Below the pieces are notes generated by a model that saw only the letters and a program-made list of their open reading frames with translations, ran no database searches and had not been told where the DNA came from. A program made the position numbers and the translations under genes. From Phoronis australis (lineage: Eukaryota; Animalia; Phoronida), in assembly GCA_002633005.1 (NCBI GenBank), contig NMRA01000415.1:124001-188000 (forward strand): a stretch of 64,000 nt of DNA, read 5' to 3'. This document shows positions 14,201-26,200 of this stretch, piece by piece; positions within the stretch are counted from its first letter, which is position 1, and every line of letters begins with the position of its first letter.

Positions 14201-17200
14201 ACAGTTCCCGAAACTCGAAAATGAAAAAAACAAGATAACTGAACTGAAAACTTTGCAAACTGAGCAAAAGTCTGAGTACCTGAATTTGCCCACATGTGTA
14301 TTTTTTCTGTCAAACAGAAAACTAGGAGCATCTTGCGAGCCCAGTGGTGACCAATTTCCACCAAGGGCTCAAAATCCCATGCAGGCTCACCTCAAACTCA
14401 ACTTGAAAGCAAATGATCAGGACAGGGTATCTCTACAATATAGTCATCCACCGACCATTCTGGATTTGATGTAAGATTCCAACTCCTGCTTTGTGACTTC
14501 CTGCAGTATTTTGAGCATGTGCTCAGAAGTGCCTGTGGCGTTTTCGGGAGATTTTAAGATATTTACGGGGTAGCCAAACAAAACCGGAGGTCTAATTGAC
14601 AAACTGAAGGTTGCCAAATTGGGCATGATTAATAAAAATCTCAATAAAATAGATTAGATCCAACCTTGGCACACTTCCATTTAAGATGTTTTTTCTAACC
14701 TTTATTAAGATTGTTCATACATTTGATCAAGCCTTATTGTTCATGACTTACTATTCATACATCTGATTAGGTCTTACTGTACCCACATCTGATAAAGCCT
14801 TCCTGTTCATATCATATTGTTTATAGATCTGATCAAGCCACTGCTCATACCATACTGTTCATACATCTGATCAACGCTCACCTTTCATACACGTGATCAA
14901 GCCTTACTTAAGTTTTATTGTTCATACATCTGTCAAACCTTACAGTTCATACATCTGAACAAGCCATACTGTTCATACACCTGAACAAACCTTACTGTTC
15001 ATACATCTGATAAACTTGTTTATACATCTGATCAAGTATTACTGATCTTACATCTGATCAAGCTACACTGTTCACACATCTGATCAAAACATACTGTTCA
15101 AACATCTGATCAATGCTAACTGTTCATACAATCAAACCTTACTGTGTTATAAGTTGTGTCATCATACGTTCTAGCTGGCTTAATATTTCCAGCACTTCAG
15201 GCTTGTAACCAAGGAACCTTTTTAAAGACAATAACAGATCCGCAAAGCCCTCAAATCTGTAACGCAAGGAATTCTCAATAATACAAACAAATTAAAAAAA
15301 AAAAACAAGGGAGGCAACAAATGAAATGCATGTGAATGACTTATGTGCACGAACCACTGAATCAAGGAAGGGAACTGTTCATTAATTATAAATACAAAGT
15401 CCGCAAAATTAAACACATCATGTGAGCAATAAAATCAGGCAAATGAACAGCAAAATGCATTGCATACATAGTAATCCCAACACACAGATCAATTGTTACT
15501 GGTAGGTTAAATAAGCTGGGAGTCAATCGTGTTCACAGGAAACGGTAATAAAAAAATAAGGGGTGCTCATTTTTAAAGAAATTTCCACAGTAGTTTGATC
15601 CATCTGAAAATCAATATAACATGATTGTGCAGGTTCTCCGCAGACATCAGGAAAAAAGTTCAAGAAGATCCATTAAGAAATTGGAAGATATTAACTCAAA
15701 GGTCAATGCAATAATTTGCCACTAGGGTGCACCACAGTAGCCAGATCCGTCCAAAAATCCACACCGACCGTTCTTTCCTCAATAGGAACACGTACACGTA
15801 AGCTTCGTTTCAAGAAGACACATCAAAGAACAACCATTATGTAAGTTTTAAAATGTCTCATCTTAGACAGACATAGTGTCACATCTATCAGAAAAACATT
15901 TTGAAAGTAATGGCAATGCGACTGGAGACTTTAATATGACATCGTTAGTTTGACTGCCATGTGAGGGATTATTTCTGGATGAAATTGACTTCTTACACAT
16001 TCCATTAATTTTGTGATTCCATTGCAAATCGACACGGCTTGCCATTGTCCGACAGACTAAAAATCACAACCGGTTATTGTACCAGTCAAAGAAGTTCACA
16101 TGACCCTGCCACTTCTAGACTGAGATTTAGTTCCACCAGTACAGACAGGTTGAATTTACAGGGATAGCAGATCCGAATCCATGCTGAGACTGCACTCCGA
16201 AAATCCCCTTTCTTGCTGACCACGTTCAAATAACTAAACTTGGCTTTGGCCAATCAACAGGAATTAACGAATTTCTGTCATCCAGCTGTATAACAAAAAA
16301 AGTGTTTAAAGTATATTAATTGCTCTGTGACCTTCAACAACTTTCAAAAATTTGGAGAACCAAAACTCATTGTCAAGTCTGCAAAAAAGGGAAGTCAAAA
16401 CTTACACACCATACAGCAAAAACAACTACTGTCTGTGACACAGTCAGTATGTGCTTTAGTTAAATCCTGCTTTTATTACTCAAAGTGAGGTGCCACTGGT
16501 GCAGATTAGCATAGGCAGGAAGACGACTGACTATCGAAGTTCCCAACAGGAGGTTTAGTGTCCTTTTAAGCATGCTTTATTAATAATATACTACACCTAC
16601 TCTTTCTGCATTGGGTTGAGATTGGGCGGTGGCTCTTCTGTGATGTACTGTTGAAGCTGCTGGACTCTCTTCCAGATGGTGATGGCCTGGACGAGCTTTT
16701 GGCAAATGTCTTTGGAAGCAGCAACAAGATTGCCTGGTGTTGACTGGTCACACTGATCAGACGGGAGAAAACAACACATTCACAGTTATTTATAGTACAA
16801 GGTCCAACATTAACAAGATGACTGGGCCTACATAATTTCTAACACATTGGCCAACACGAACAAAAACTGCTTGGTGTAGACCTGTAAACAAACATAATGG
16901 ATCTAACTTGAACTGATTGCTGGCTAGGATAATTTTAGGAGTGCCCCTCGTCAACTAAAATTGTGTCGCATTTATGCCTTATTTTAGTCAGGTGATTTAT
17001 GACAAATAAATACACATCAAAAAGCTTACAAATATTTTGGGTGACCTTAAATGTGGATTTACGTGTTTGGTTAAAGTATTGCATTTAGATCAATTTCTAA
17101 TCACCACAAAACATAATAATTGCAAGTGGAATCACACAATGTTAAAATGCCGACCCCCAAAATATGAATCAAAAAGCAAACAAAGTACAAGACATGGCCC

Positions 17201-20200
17201 AAAGCTCCTCCGAACTCGCCCATAGATTTGAGTCATAGCCACATTTTTTTTACTGAGGCATACATTGGCAAGTAAAATTAAAGTCGTGGTCCCACAAATA
17301 TTTTGTAGAGAAACATCCGCCCATGACCTAAACGGAGCGTTGCAAGAAAATGGCATTGGCTTTCCACACACTTTCTACACAAAATCAGGTCTTGTCCAAA
17401 GCAATAAACCATAATCATAGAGCATGACAATTTGAGAACGCAAAATAAACAAGAGCAACCGAGAGCGTTGAAATGCGCCCACAACTGCACATTATGCGGT
17501 ATCCTTCTAGGGTTGTTTTTTGGTACCATAAAGTGGCCAGTAGACGGCATATATGTAGTATGTTGTACTTTCCAAAATGGAAAGGCATGGTCATTGTCTC
17601 CTCAATAGGCTAGGGGCAAAATGTGAGTGATCTTCATAAGCACATCCTATACATCAGTTGCTTAAAACACCACAGAAACATAGAATTAAAAACAAATTTA
17701 CCAACATACGAGATTAGCACAGCATTAGAATGCCAGAAACAAATTTCTACTTGGAACTTTTCCTTCATAGTCACGAAGTAACACAAACACCTGAAGACCT
17801 ATAAAAATGCAGAGGTCAATGTAAAACACTTAAATTGCCACTAGAGGCATACCGGTAGTCAGAATCATCCTAAAGCCGTCATCGTGCGTTGTCAACGGTT
17901 TGGGAGATACAGCGGCTGCCATGGGCGCAAGAAAACTGCCACTAGGAGGCGCCACAGTAATCAAAGTCATGAGAAATTCAGCGTCAACCGTCCTCTTCAT
18001 AGTAAGAACATACATGCCAATTTCCACAATCATACTTAGAGAGGTTTGGTTGATAGAGGGGTGGACGCCAAAAAAACAGACTCAAAAACAGTAAAAATGG
18101 CCACTGGGTGTCGCAAACTAGGTTGAATCCATCCCAAAACGGGAGGATAGCGTCATCGCACGAATAGGTACCTACATACCAAATTTCATGAAAATCCGTT
18201 AAGGACTTGTGAAGATACAGAGGTAAACGTAAAAAAATAAAATTGCCACTAGGGAGCACACTGGTAGGTGGATCCGTACAAAGGTCGTCATCGTCTGTTG
18301 TTAACATCATATAAATACACTTATTAAATTTCGTAAAGATCCTGCGAACGGTTTAGGAGATACAGCCATAGGCGCAAAAAAACAAAACTGCCACTAGGAG
18401 GTGCCACAGTAGCCCAAATCGTCTGAAAATCATTGTCAGCTGTCTTCTTTATAGTAAGCAGATACATGCCAATTTTCACAATCATCCTTTGAGCGGTTTG
18501 GTTGATAGAGGGGTGGACCCACAAAAACAGACTCGAAAACACTAAAAATGGCCACTAGGTGGCGCAAACTATGTCGAATCCATCTGAAAACGGGAGGATA
18601 GCGTCATCTCACTAATAGGTGCCTACATACCAAATTTCATGAAAATCCGTTCAGGACTTTTGAAGATACAAAGGTAAGNTCTTTCTGCATTGGGTTGAGA
18701 TTGGGCGGTGGCTCTTCTGTGATGTACTGTTGAAGCTGCTGGACTCTCTTCCAGATGGTGATGGCCTGGACGAGCTTTTGGCAAATGTCTTTGGAAGCAG
18801 CAACAAGATTGCCTGGTGTTGATTGGTCACACTGATCAGACGGGAGAAAACAACCCATTCACAGTTATTTATAGTACAAGGTCTAACATTAACAAGATGA
18901 CTGGGCCTACATAATTTCTAACACATTGGCCAACACGAACAAAAACTGCTTGGTGTAGACCTGTAAAGAAACATAATGGATCTAACTTGAACTGATTGCT
19001 GGCTAGGATAATTTTAGGAGAGTGCCCCTCGTCAACTAAAATTGTGACGCATTTATGCCTTATTTTAGTCAGGTGATTTATGACAAATAAATACACATCA
19101 AAAAGCTTACAAATACTTTGGATGATCTTAAATGTGGATTAATTTTATAAAGTATTACATTTAGATGAATTTCTAATCACCACACAGCATACTAATTGCA
19201 AGTGGAATCACACAATGTTAAAATGCCAACCCCCAAAATATGAATCAAAAAGCAAACAAAGTACAAGACATGGCCCAAAGCTCCTCCGAACTCGCCCATA
19301 GATTTGAGTCATAGCCACATTTTCTTTAAAATGATCCTTACTGAGGCATACATTGACAAGCAAAAAAAAGTCGTGGTCCCACAAATATTTTGTAGAAAAA
19401 CATCCGTCCATGACCTAAACGGAGCTTTGCAAGAAAAATGGCATTGGTTTTCCAAGGGTAAAATTGTACGTTCATACACAAAATCATCATTCATGCATAG
19501 CTCTTGTCCAAAGAAATAAACCATCATAGAGCATGACAATTTGGCTGTTTGAAGTCAGACTTCTAACCTCTGGCTAAAATTGAAAGATAAATAAAGCCAT
19601 TATAGTCTCTTCTACAAACAGGACCCAGGTTTCACACTGAGATGCATAACCAAAAGTCAGTAATTAAAAAAGGCCCAAGAAATAATAAAAACAAGTTACC
19701 TGACTGGCTCCAAACATTTCCAGAGACTAGAAAATAAATCAACAGAGATTTTTGTTTAAAAGCTTGACTGAAACAAAGGGGTTTAAACAAGTATTGGCTG
19801 ACATAAGGAAGCAAGTAATTTCAATTACATGGATTTTACATAAAACAAATGTCAACTAGATAAATATTCTATACCAAGCAGACAGTTGAAGGCTATCATG
19901 AAAAACACCAGACCTGACATCCGTCTCGTGAAAGTGATCAAGACATCATGCAGACAGAAGTTGGAGTCTTTTAAGTTATCACTTCACAATAGCTCAAAAG
20001 GTTTATCCAAGTAATTATGAGTGCTTCACAGTCAAGAGATAATTTATAGAAATTATCTGTCTATACTAGGAGTTGTGTGTATTCTAAGAGACTTTGCACT
20101 TTTGCGAGATTTAGCTAGTATGTTCAGGCATAGTTGTGCGGCGTTCAAGGCCAAAATTACTGCTTCAAGTCACTGTCATGAAACAGACTAAGGGTCAAAA

Positions 20201-23200
20201 CATATTGAAACCATTTACGGCACTTTAAAGTACTGTGCGTGCTTTTTGGGATGTGTAAAATTGCCAAACTCAAACAAACAGGAGACAAATCACGCAAGAG
20301 ACCCAAACCCGCAAATGGACAAAGTGAAACTTAAAGTCAATTTTGCAGTGGTTGACTACAACATGATGTTTGTGTGTAAGTGAGCTTGTGAGTGTGAATA
20401 TGTGTGTTTTTTTCTTGACTTGTTTCTTTTGGTTTACCTTAAGGTGTTGCTGTCAATAAATGTATTAGACAGTTTCCCATTGTTTGATGACAATCCGGTT
20501 TGGTGGGGTTTGAGTGTATTTATACTATGGTAGCAAGAGTTAGGCTACCAGACTCAGGGTTTAATCTACTCAGACTCCAAATACGTGTCTGTTACCACCT
20601 GGGGTTTAGTACACTATTGTCCATGCACCGAAAGAGTTACAAACCCATGACGACCGAAAGATTCATTAGCTACTAATTCGAGAAAAAAATCGAGATATCG
20701 AGTTCAGGTTCGAAAATTTCCCTTAATAACAAAATGGTATTAGACAGTCAGGTATTACAGCATCATGAACCTAGTAAGCAAAGTGAAATGGACTTAGACC
20801 TTAGGCTCTGGTCACCAGAGTTACAGATTCACTAGGAGTGGTGAATCATCTCATGGCAAAACTTGGCAGTTCAGATGTCAACATATGTACTCACAAGTAA
20901 TTCACTTTTCAATTCCTGTGTCTTGACACCACACTCCATTATGATGTCCTCAATTTGCTTCGTGTCCGGAATCAGCCCCTGGAACATAACAACACACGAA
21001 TGTGGTCAATCGACAATTTAGTCACATGAGTGTCATAGCCATACACTCGCAAAATAGATACACTATGTCCGCATTAGTGCTCGTCAAGTTTCACTTTCAA
21101 TGAATTTCCCAGAAGTCATCACTTTGTTGATGATACAGAGCTTGCTGTATAGAATAACGTAAATTTGTCAAATACAGCGTGGTAAGATGCTCAAGTCACC
21201 AATAGGAATTGAGCGCACTTAAAATCTGGGTGCGTTGGTGCATTGCAACAAGGTGCTTATCTACTTTCCCCGTTCAATTAAAAAAAATGTCATAGCATAG
21301 TCAGACCATTGTTTGCGCACGCGTCATGCTCAGGCCATGCCAATTATATTGTTTTTACCCAAACAATTCCAATTCCCGTAGGCTTACTAACTGGACAATG
21401 ACTGTATGATTTTTAAGATACCCAGACAATACGTCTATGTCTCTCAATCAAAATTATGACACCTGTCCACCATCTGTATAGTACCTCATTCAACTTGTTA
21501 ATAATCCGCCTCTCAAACAGCAGACACTCATTCAGTAAGTCACCTAGACTTTTGTTGTTAGGATATCTTTTCTGAAACAAGAGCAAGGCAAAGCACTCAA
21601 ATGTGTCCAAATCAGAGGAGGTCAAATGTGTCGAGCATTTTTGAAAACAAATGACAAGACATGAAATACCAGAACAAAATCAAAAGACCCCCGCACAACA
21701 ATCTTACATTCTCAGAACATCAAAGGCCACAATGTTGATACAATGGGTGATTGTGGATGGGCGGTAATGGGGAAAATGTCCAATTGGCCAAAAACGTGCG
21801 ACACTGTACACCATTAAACTGTAGTTCTTAATTGAATTGCAAAAAAACACATCATAGTAAATTGTCAATCAGCAAACATCCCATTTCCATATTAAGTATG
21901 ACCGGGCCCCAAAGTGAACAAACAGGGAGACAGATGGAGCCGACACAACCAACAGTATGTACAAGAGCAAAGCGGAGCGTTGAAATGCACCCACGAATGC
22001 ATCGCAAATGGTGTGCTTTTAGGGTTGTTTATTTGTATTGTTAGAATGGCTACTAGATGGCTCATAATACGTCGAATCCATCTGAAAACCAAAAAATGAC
22101 ATCGTTTCTTCAAAAGAAAGCCATTTAGGAGCTTTAATAAAAATTCACCGAGGAACTTCAGAGAAACAGAGGAAAACAAAAAAACGAAATTGCCACTAGG
22201 GGGCACAGTGTTCATCTGTCTAAAAGTCGTCATCTTTTCTTGCTAACTTCATACAAATACACGTGCTAAATTTTAATAAAGATCCTGCAGAGGGCTTGGC
22301 AGATACAGGCATGGGTGCAAAAAAAACAAAACCGCCACTAGGAGGCACCACAGTAGTCGAAAACATCAGAAAGTACATATATGCCAACCTTCACAATCGT
22401 CGTTAAAGTGGTTTGGTTGACAAAGGGATGAACGCCACAAAACAAACTCAAGAAAACAAAAAATGGCCACTAGGTGGCGCAAAAAACCTTGTCACAATCC
22501 GAAGATGAATGGCTGGCGTCACATCACTAATGGATGTCTATGTGCCAAATTTTATGGAAATCCGTTGAGTACCTTTGAAGATACAGAGATAAATGTAAAA
22601 ACTAAAATTGCCACTAGGGGGCACACCGGTGGACTGATCCGTCCAAAAGTCGTCGTTGTCTGTTGTCAACTTTATATAAATACATTTGCTAAATTTGATA
22701 AAGATCCTGTAGAGCGTTTAGGAGATACAGCCATGGGCGCAAAATCAAACAAAACTGTCACAAGGAGGAGCCACAGTAGTTGAAGTCATCGGAAAAACAT
22801 TGTCAACTGTCTTTTTCATAGTAAGACCATACATGTCAATTTTCACAATCATCCTTAAAGTGGTTTAGTTGTTAGAGGGGCGGACGCCAAAAAATGACTC
22901 GAAAATAGTAAAAATGGCCAATAGATGGCACAAAATCCATCGAAACAATCCAAAAACAGGAAGATAGCGTCAATTCATTAATAGATGCCTATGTACCAAA
23001 TTTCATGAAAATTGGTTGAAGACCTTTGAAGATACAGAGGCAAACGTACAAAACTAAAATTGCCACTAGGGGGCCCAGCGGTATTCGAGTCGGTCCAAAA
23101 GTAGTCGCCTTCTGTTGTAGATACCAAAGGAACACACCTGCCAAATTTCAATACGTTCCTGCAAGGGGTTTAGGAGATACAGCCGCGGACGCCATACGCC

Positions 23201-26200
23201 AGACGCCCGGACAGATGACGGCAATATGCGACCACATATAAATTATGTGGGCGCATAAAAATGAACAATAGAGGTCACACAACTACCAGTTAGTAAAATG
23301 AACAATAGATGGAGCTCACAAGTAATTAACAGTCCGAAAAACCAGCTAGCGACTGAGACAACTGTGATAACTTTAAATTTATGAAAACCGTCTTTAGTAT
23401 AAATGACAAACAAAAATGACCAAAAATCAATCAAAGATATTCGCATAGCCATAACACGCACAGTATGCTGTTGTTTTAGAGTTTTATGGCCATGCAGGGA
23501 CCATCCTTTCCATTGACCCTTGTCGGTCGCACATTTGATTTCGGCTGATGATTCACATACCTTTAGATATCTGTCAATATTTGAGCATATGAAAACTTCA
23601 TGTTCACTACCCAGGTATCTCTTCAAGTCTTCATATAGTGTGTCCTGGTAAGGGTTCATTTCGGCAGCATTCCTCCTATAGAAGGAAACAATACAGTAAA
23701 TCAGAGACGACAGTGCTCAATACAGAATGTATTTAAGGTTATCTCAAACCTGGCTGTTTTTACAATACGTAACTTCATACATGTATATGACTCGCGAAAC
23801 ACTTTCATTCTTGGTAATTCAAATACGAAATGTAGCGAGAAAAAAGGAATTACCAGAACCACGTTCATTCGCATAGAAATTTGTTTACTACCTGTCTAAG
23901 GTTAAAGGTTACCTAGCTGTCACTCAAATTGAATCCCACTAAACATGCGCACATTCCACAATCCACAGTCCTTTTCATTTACTGAGTCGCCATGAAATTG
24001 AGTGTACATAGCATATGGAAATAAGGGCCCGCCGAAAAGAAGACGAATTTTGATCCAAGAGTGAGTGAGTAAATAGGACAGCTAAGGTTCACAGCGTCAC
24101 CGCACAGCTTCTGGCATCATTAACACAGCAAGCTGTGAAAAAAGATAAAACCGTGCCCAAATTCACTCATTCAAATGATAATCTGGCGTTCCATTGTTTC
24201 AATCACGTGCTCACGGCATGCTTTAACGCCGGTACTCGATGTCTTGATTTCTATTCTCCATTTTGTAGTTGCTTACTCCAATGCACTGTTGATGTGTTTT
24301 AATATGAGCAGTTAAAACTCCTCTCCTGACCTAGTTTCGCTCAAGGCATTGTAAACCAACTTATGAAAAATTTTAAGAGATACATAGGTCAGTTACACAC
24401 TGCACATTCAGTTGACATTTTGAAAGTAACTTTGAGATTTTGATGACTCGTAATTTTATTTGCAGCTTTTTTTCGGCTTCGCCAAATTAACTTAATGATT
24501 TGATCTAAGGAACACGAGTTCTCGAAAAAAAGCTCTGTGAATTTCACTAACAACTTGATTAATTATTCACCAATCTCAAAAACTTTGTTGGGATTTTCCT
24601 TTTAAACATCTAGTTATTGCAAAGCATAAGACAGACGAATACAATTGCTATTTTTTTACAAATTAGTAAAAATACATCACCGGTACGTTACAAACAAAAC
24701 TATGTCCTGAGTAACCGAAAATTCCTAACAGGGTTTTAAGGTAAATTGAGAAAACTGACCAAGGTGTTATTTTGCTATGAATGCACCTGTCTGTAAGATA
24801 AAATTTTGAATAAAAATATAATAACATAATAACAGTAATGGCACATAAATATAAAACATATTATTTTTATGATCAAAATCAAATTCTACAGTATTTCCAG
24901 TTTCACAAATATTTACTTCCAGTAATTACCGAGTCAAAATATTAAGATTCGCAGACGTTCGACAATCAAGCACTACAAACCTGAAGCTGGTAGGTTTAGA
25001 GAAAGGTAGTTTTCAAAAAATTGGACAAAAGTTTCTTAAGAAAATGCAAAATAACCGCACTATACAAATTTCCCACCAGTTTTCAACAACTGCTGAAAAC
25101 TGGCGAGAAACTTCTGTTTCAATGTAATGTTTATCGTTCAGTATGTGGTATAAATAGATTATTACAGTCATGTTCTCAGTCTTTATCCTTCTTATCTAGA
25201 ACCCCCTTGGATTTTGAATTATTGGCCAGGGGTGGGGGGGGGCATTAGCCCCGAGGGCAATAATTCTCCAAAATCCACTCGTGCTCTAGATTACGTGGGA
25301 TTATGACTTCGCAGTGTAATAATCTATATTCAATGAGAAGAAATTTGGTCAACTCTGTAATGACAAACATATATCAGGATGGGGTAACCATATGCCTAGA
25401 GATGTGAAACAGCTAGAACTACACACGCTTTTTATCAACAAAATTCCTCCACATTCCATTATCCTGGTTGCTAGTAGTTACCCTAGTTTTTAATTTCACC
25501 CAACGATAGAGAGTTATATCCACATAAACATTGGCCAACACACATCCTAACACAGCTGGGATCACTAACTGAGGTCATACAGCCACCTCTGACCAGTTTT
25601 GAATTTTGATAATCAATCAACAAAGAGGTTCTTAGTGTTAACTTAGTAAAACTGTACAACAACTCAGCACTGAAACTGTCCAGTTTCAGTTCCATATAGC
25701 TATCAGATATGGAAAAACAGCATGTAGATAATTTAACACTATCTATGGTTTCAGTTTCAGTTTCGATAAGGTTGATGTAGGACTTTGTATTTTAGTTGCT
25801 TGGGCTTGTGACCAAAAATACTGAACAACTGTTGTTATCAGTGTGATGTGTTACGGTAACCGTGGAAACATAGTTTTGTGGAATAAAATTTATTGTATCT
25901 TATTATTTCTAAGCCAGATTTATCATTCTTGTCAGTCCAATGAGCTTCCAAAGCTGCTGTCGGTGTGTTAAAAGAGACAGTCATGCTTACTTGTCCACTT
26001 CACATGGGCATCCAAATGTTGAACAGGGCGGTTGAGCTAGAGACTCTAAATTTTAGTCAGGGTGTCCAGTTGCAGGCCCCAACAATCTCTATATGAAGGC
26101 CTAAGTGTGCTCAATGGACGAGTGAGATTCTGCTATTTATTTCCAGTTCTTTTGTTTCCGGGAAAAATTGTCTTCCTTTGATGAAATAAACCATTCGGAC

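Noticed and set aside
14712-15145. Regular short repeats resembling a CRISPR array
   Set aside because: Units are head-to-tail without unique spacers, there are no cas genes, and it lies in a eukaryotic intron: a minisatellite.
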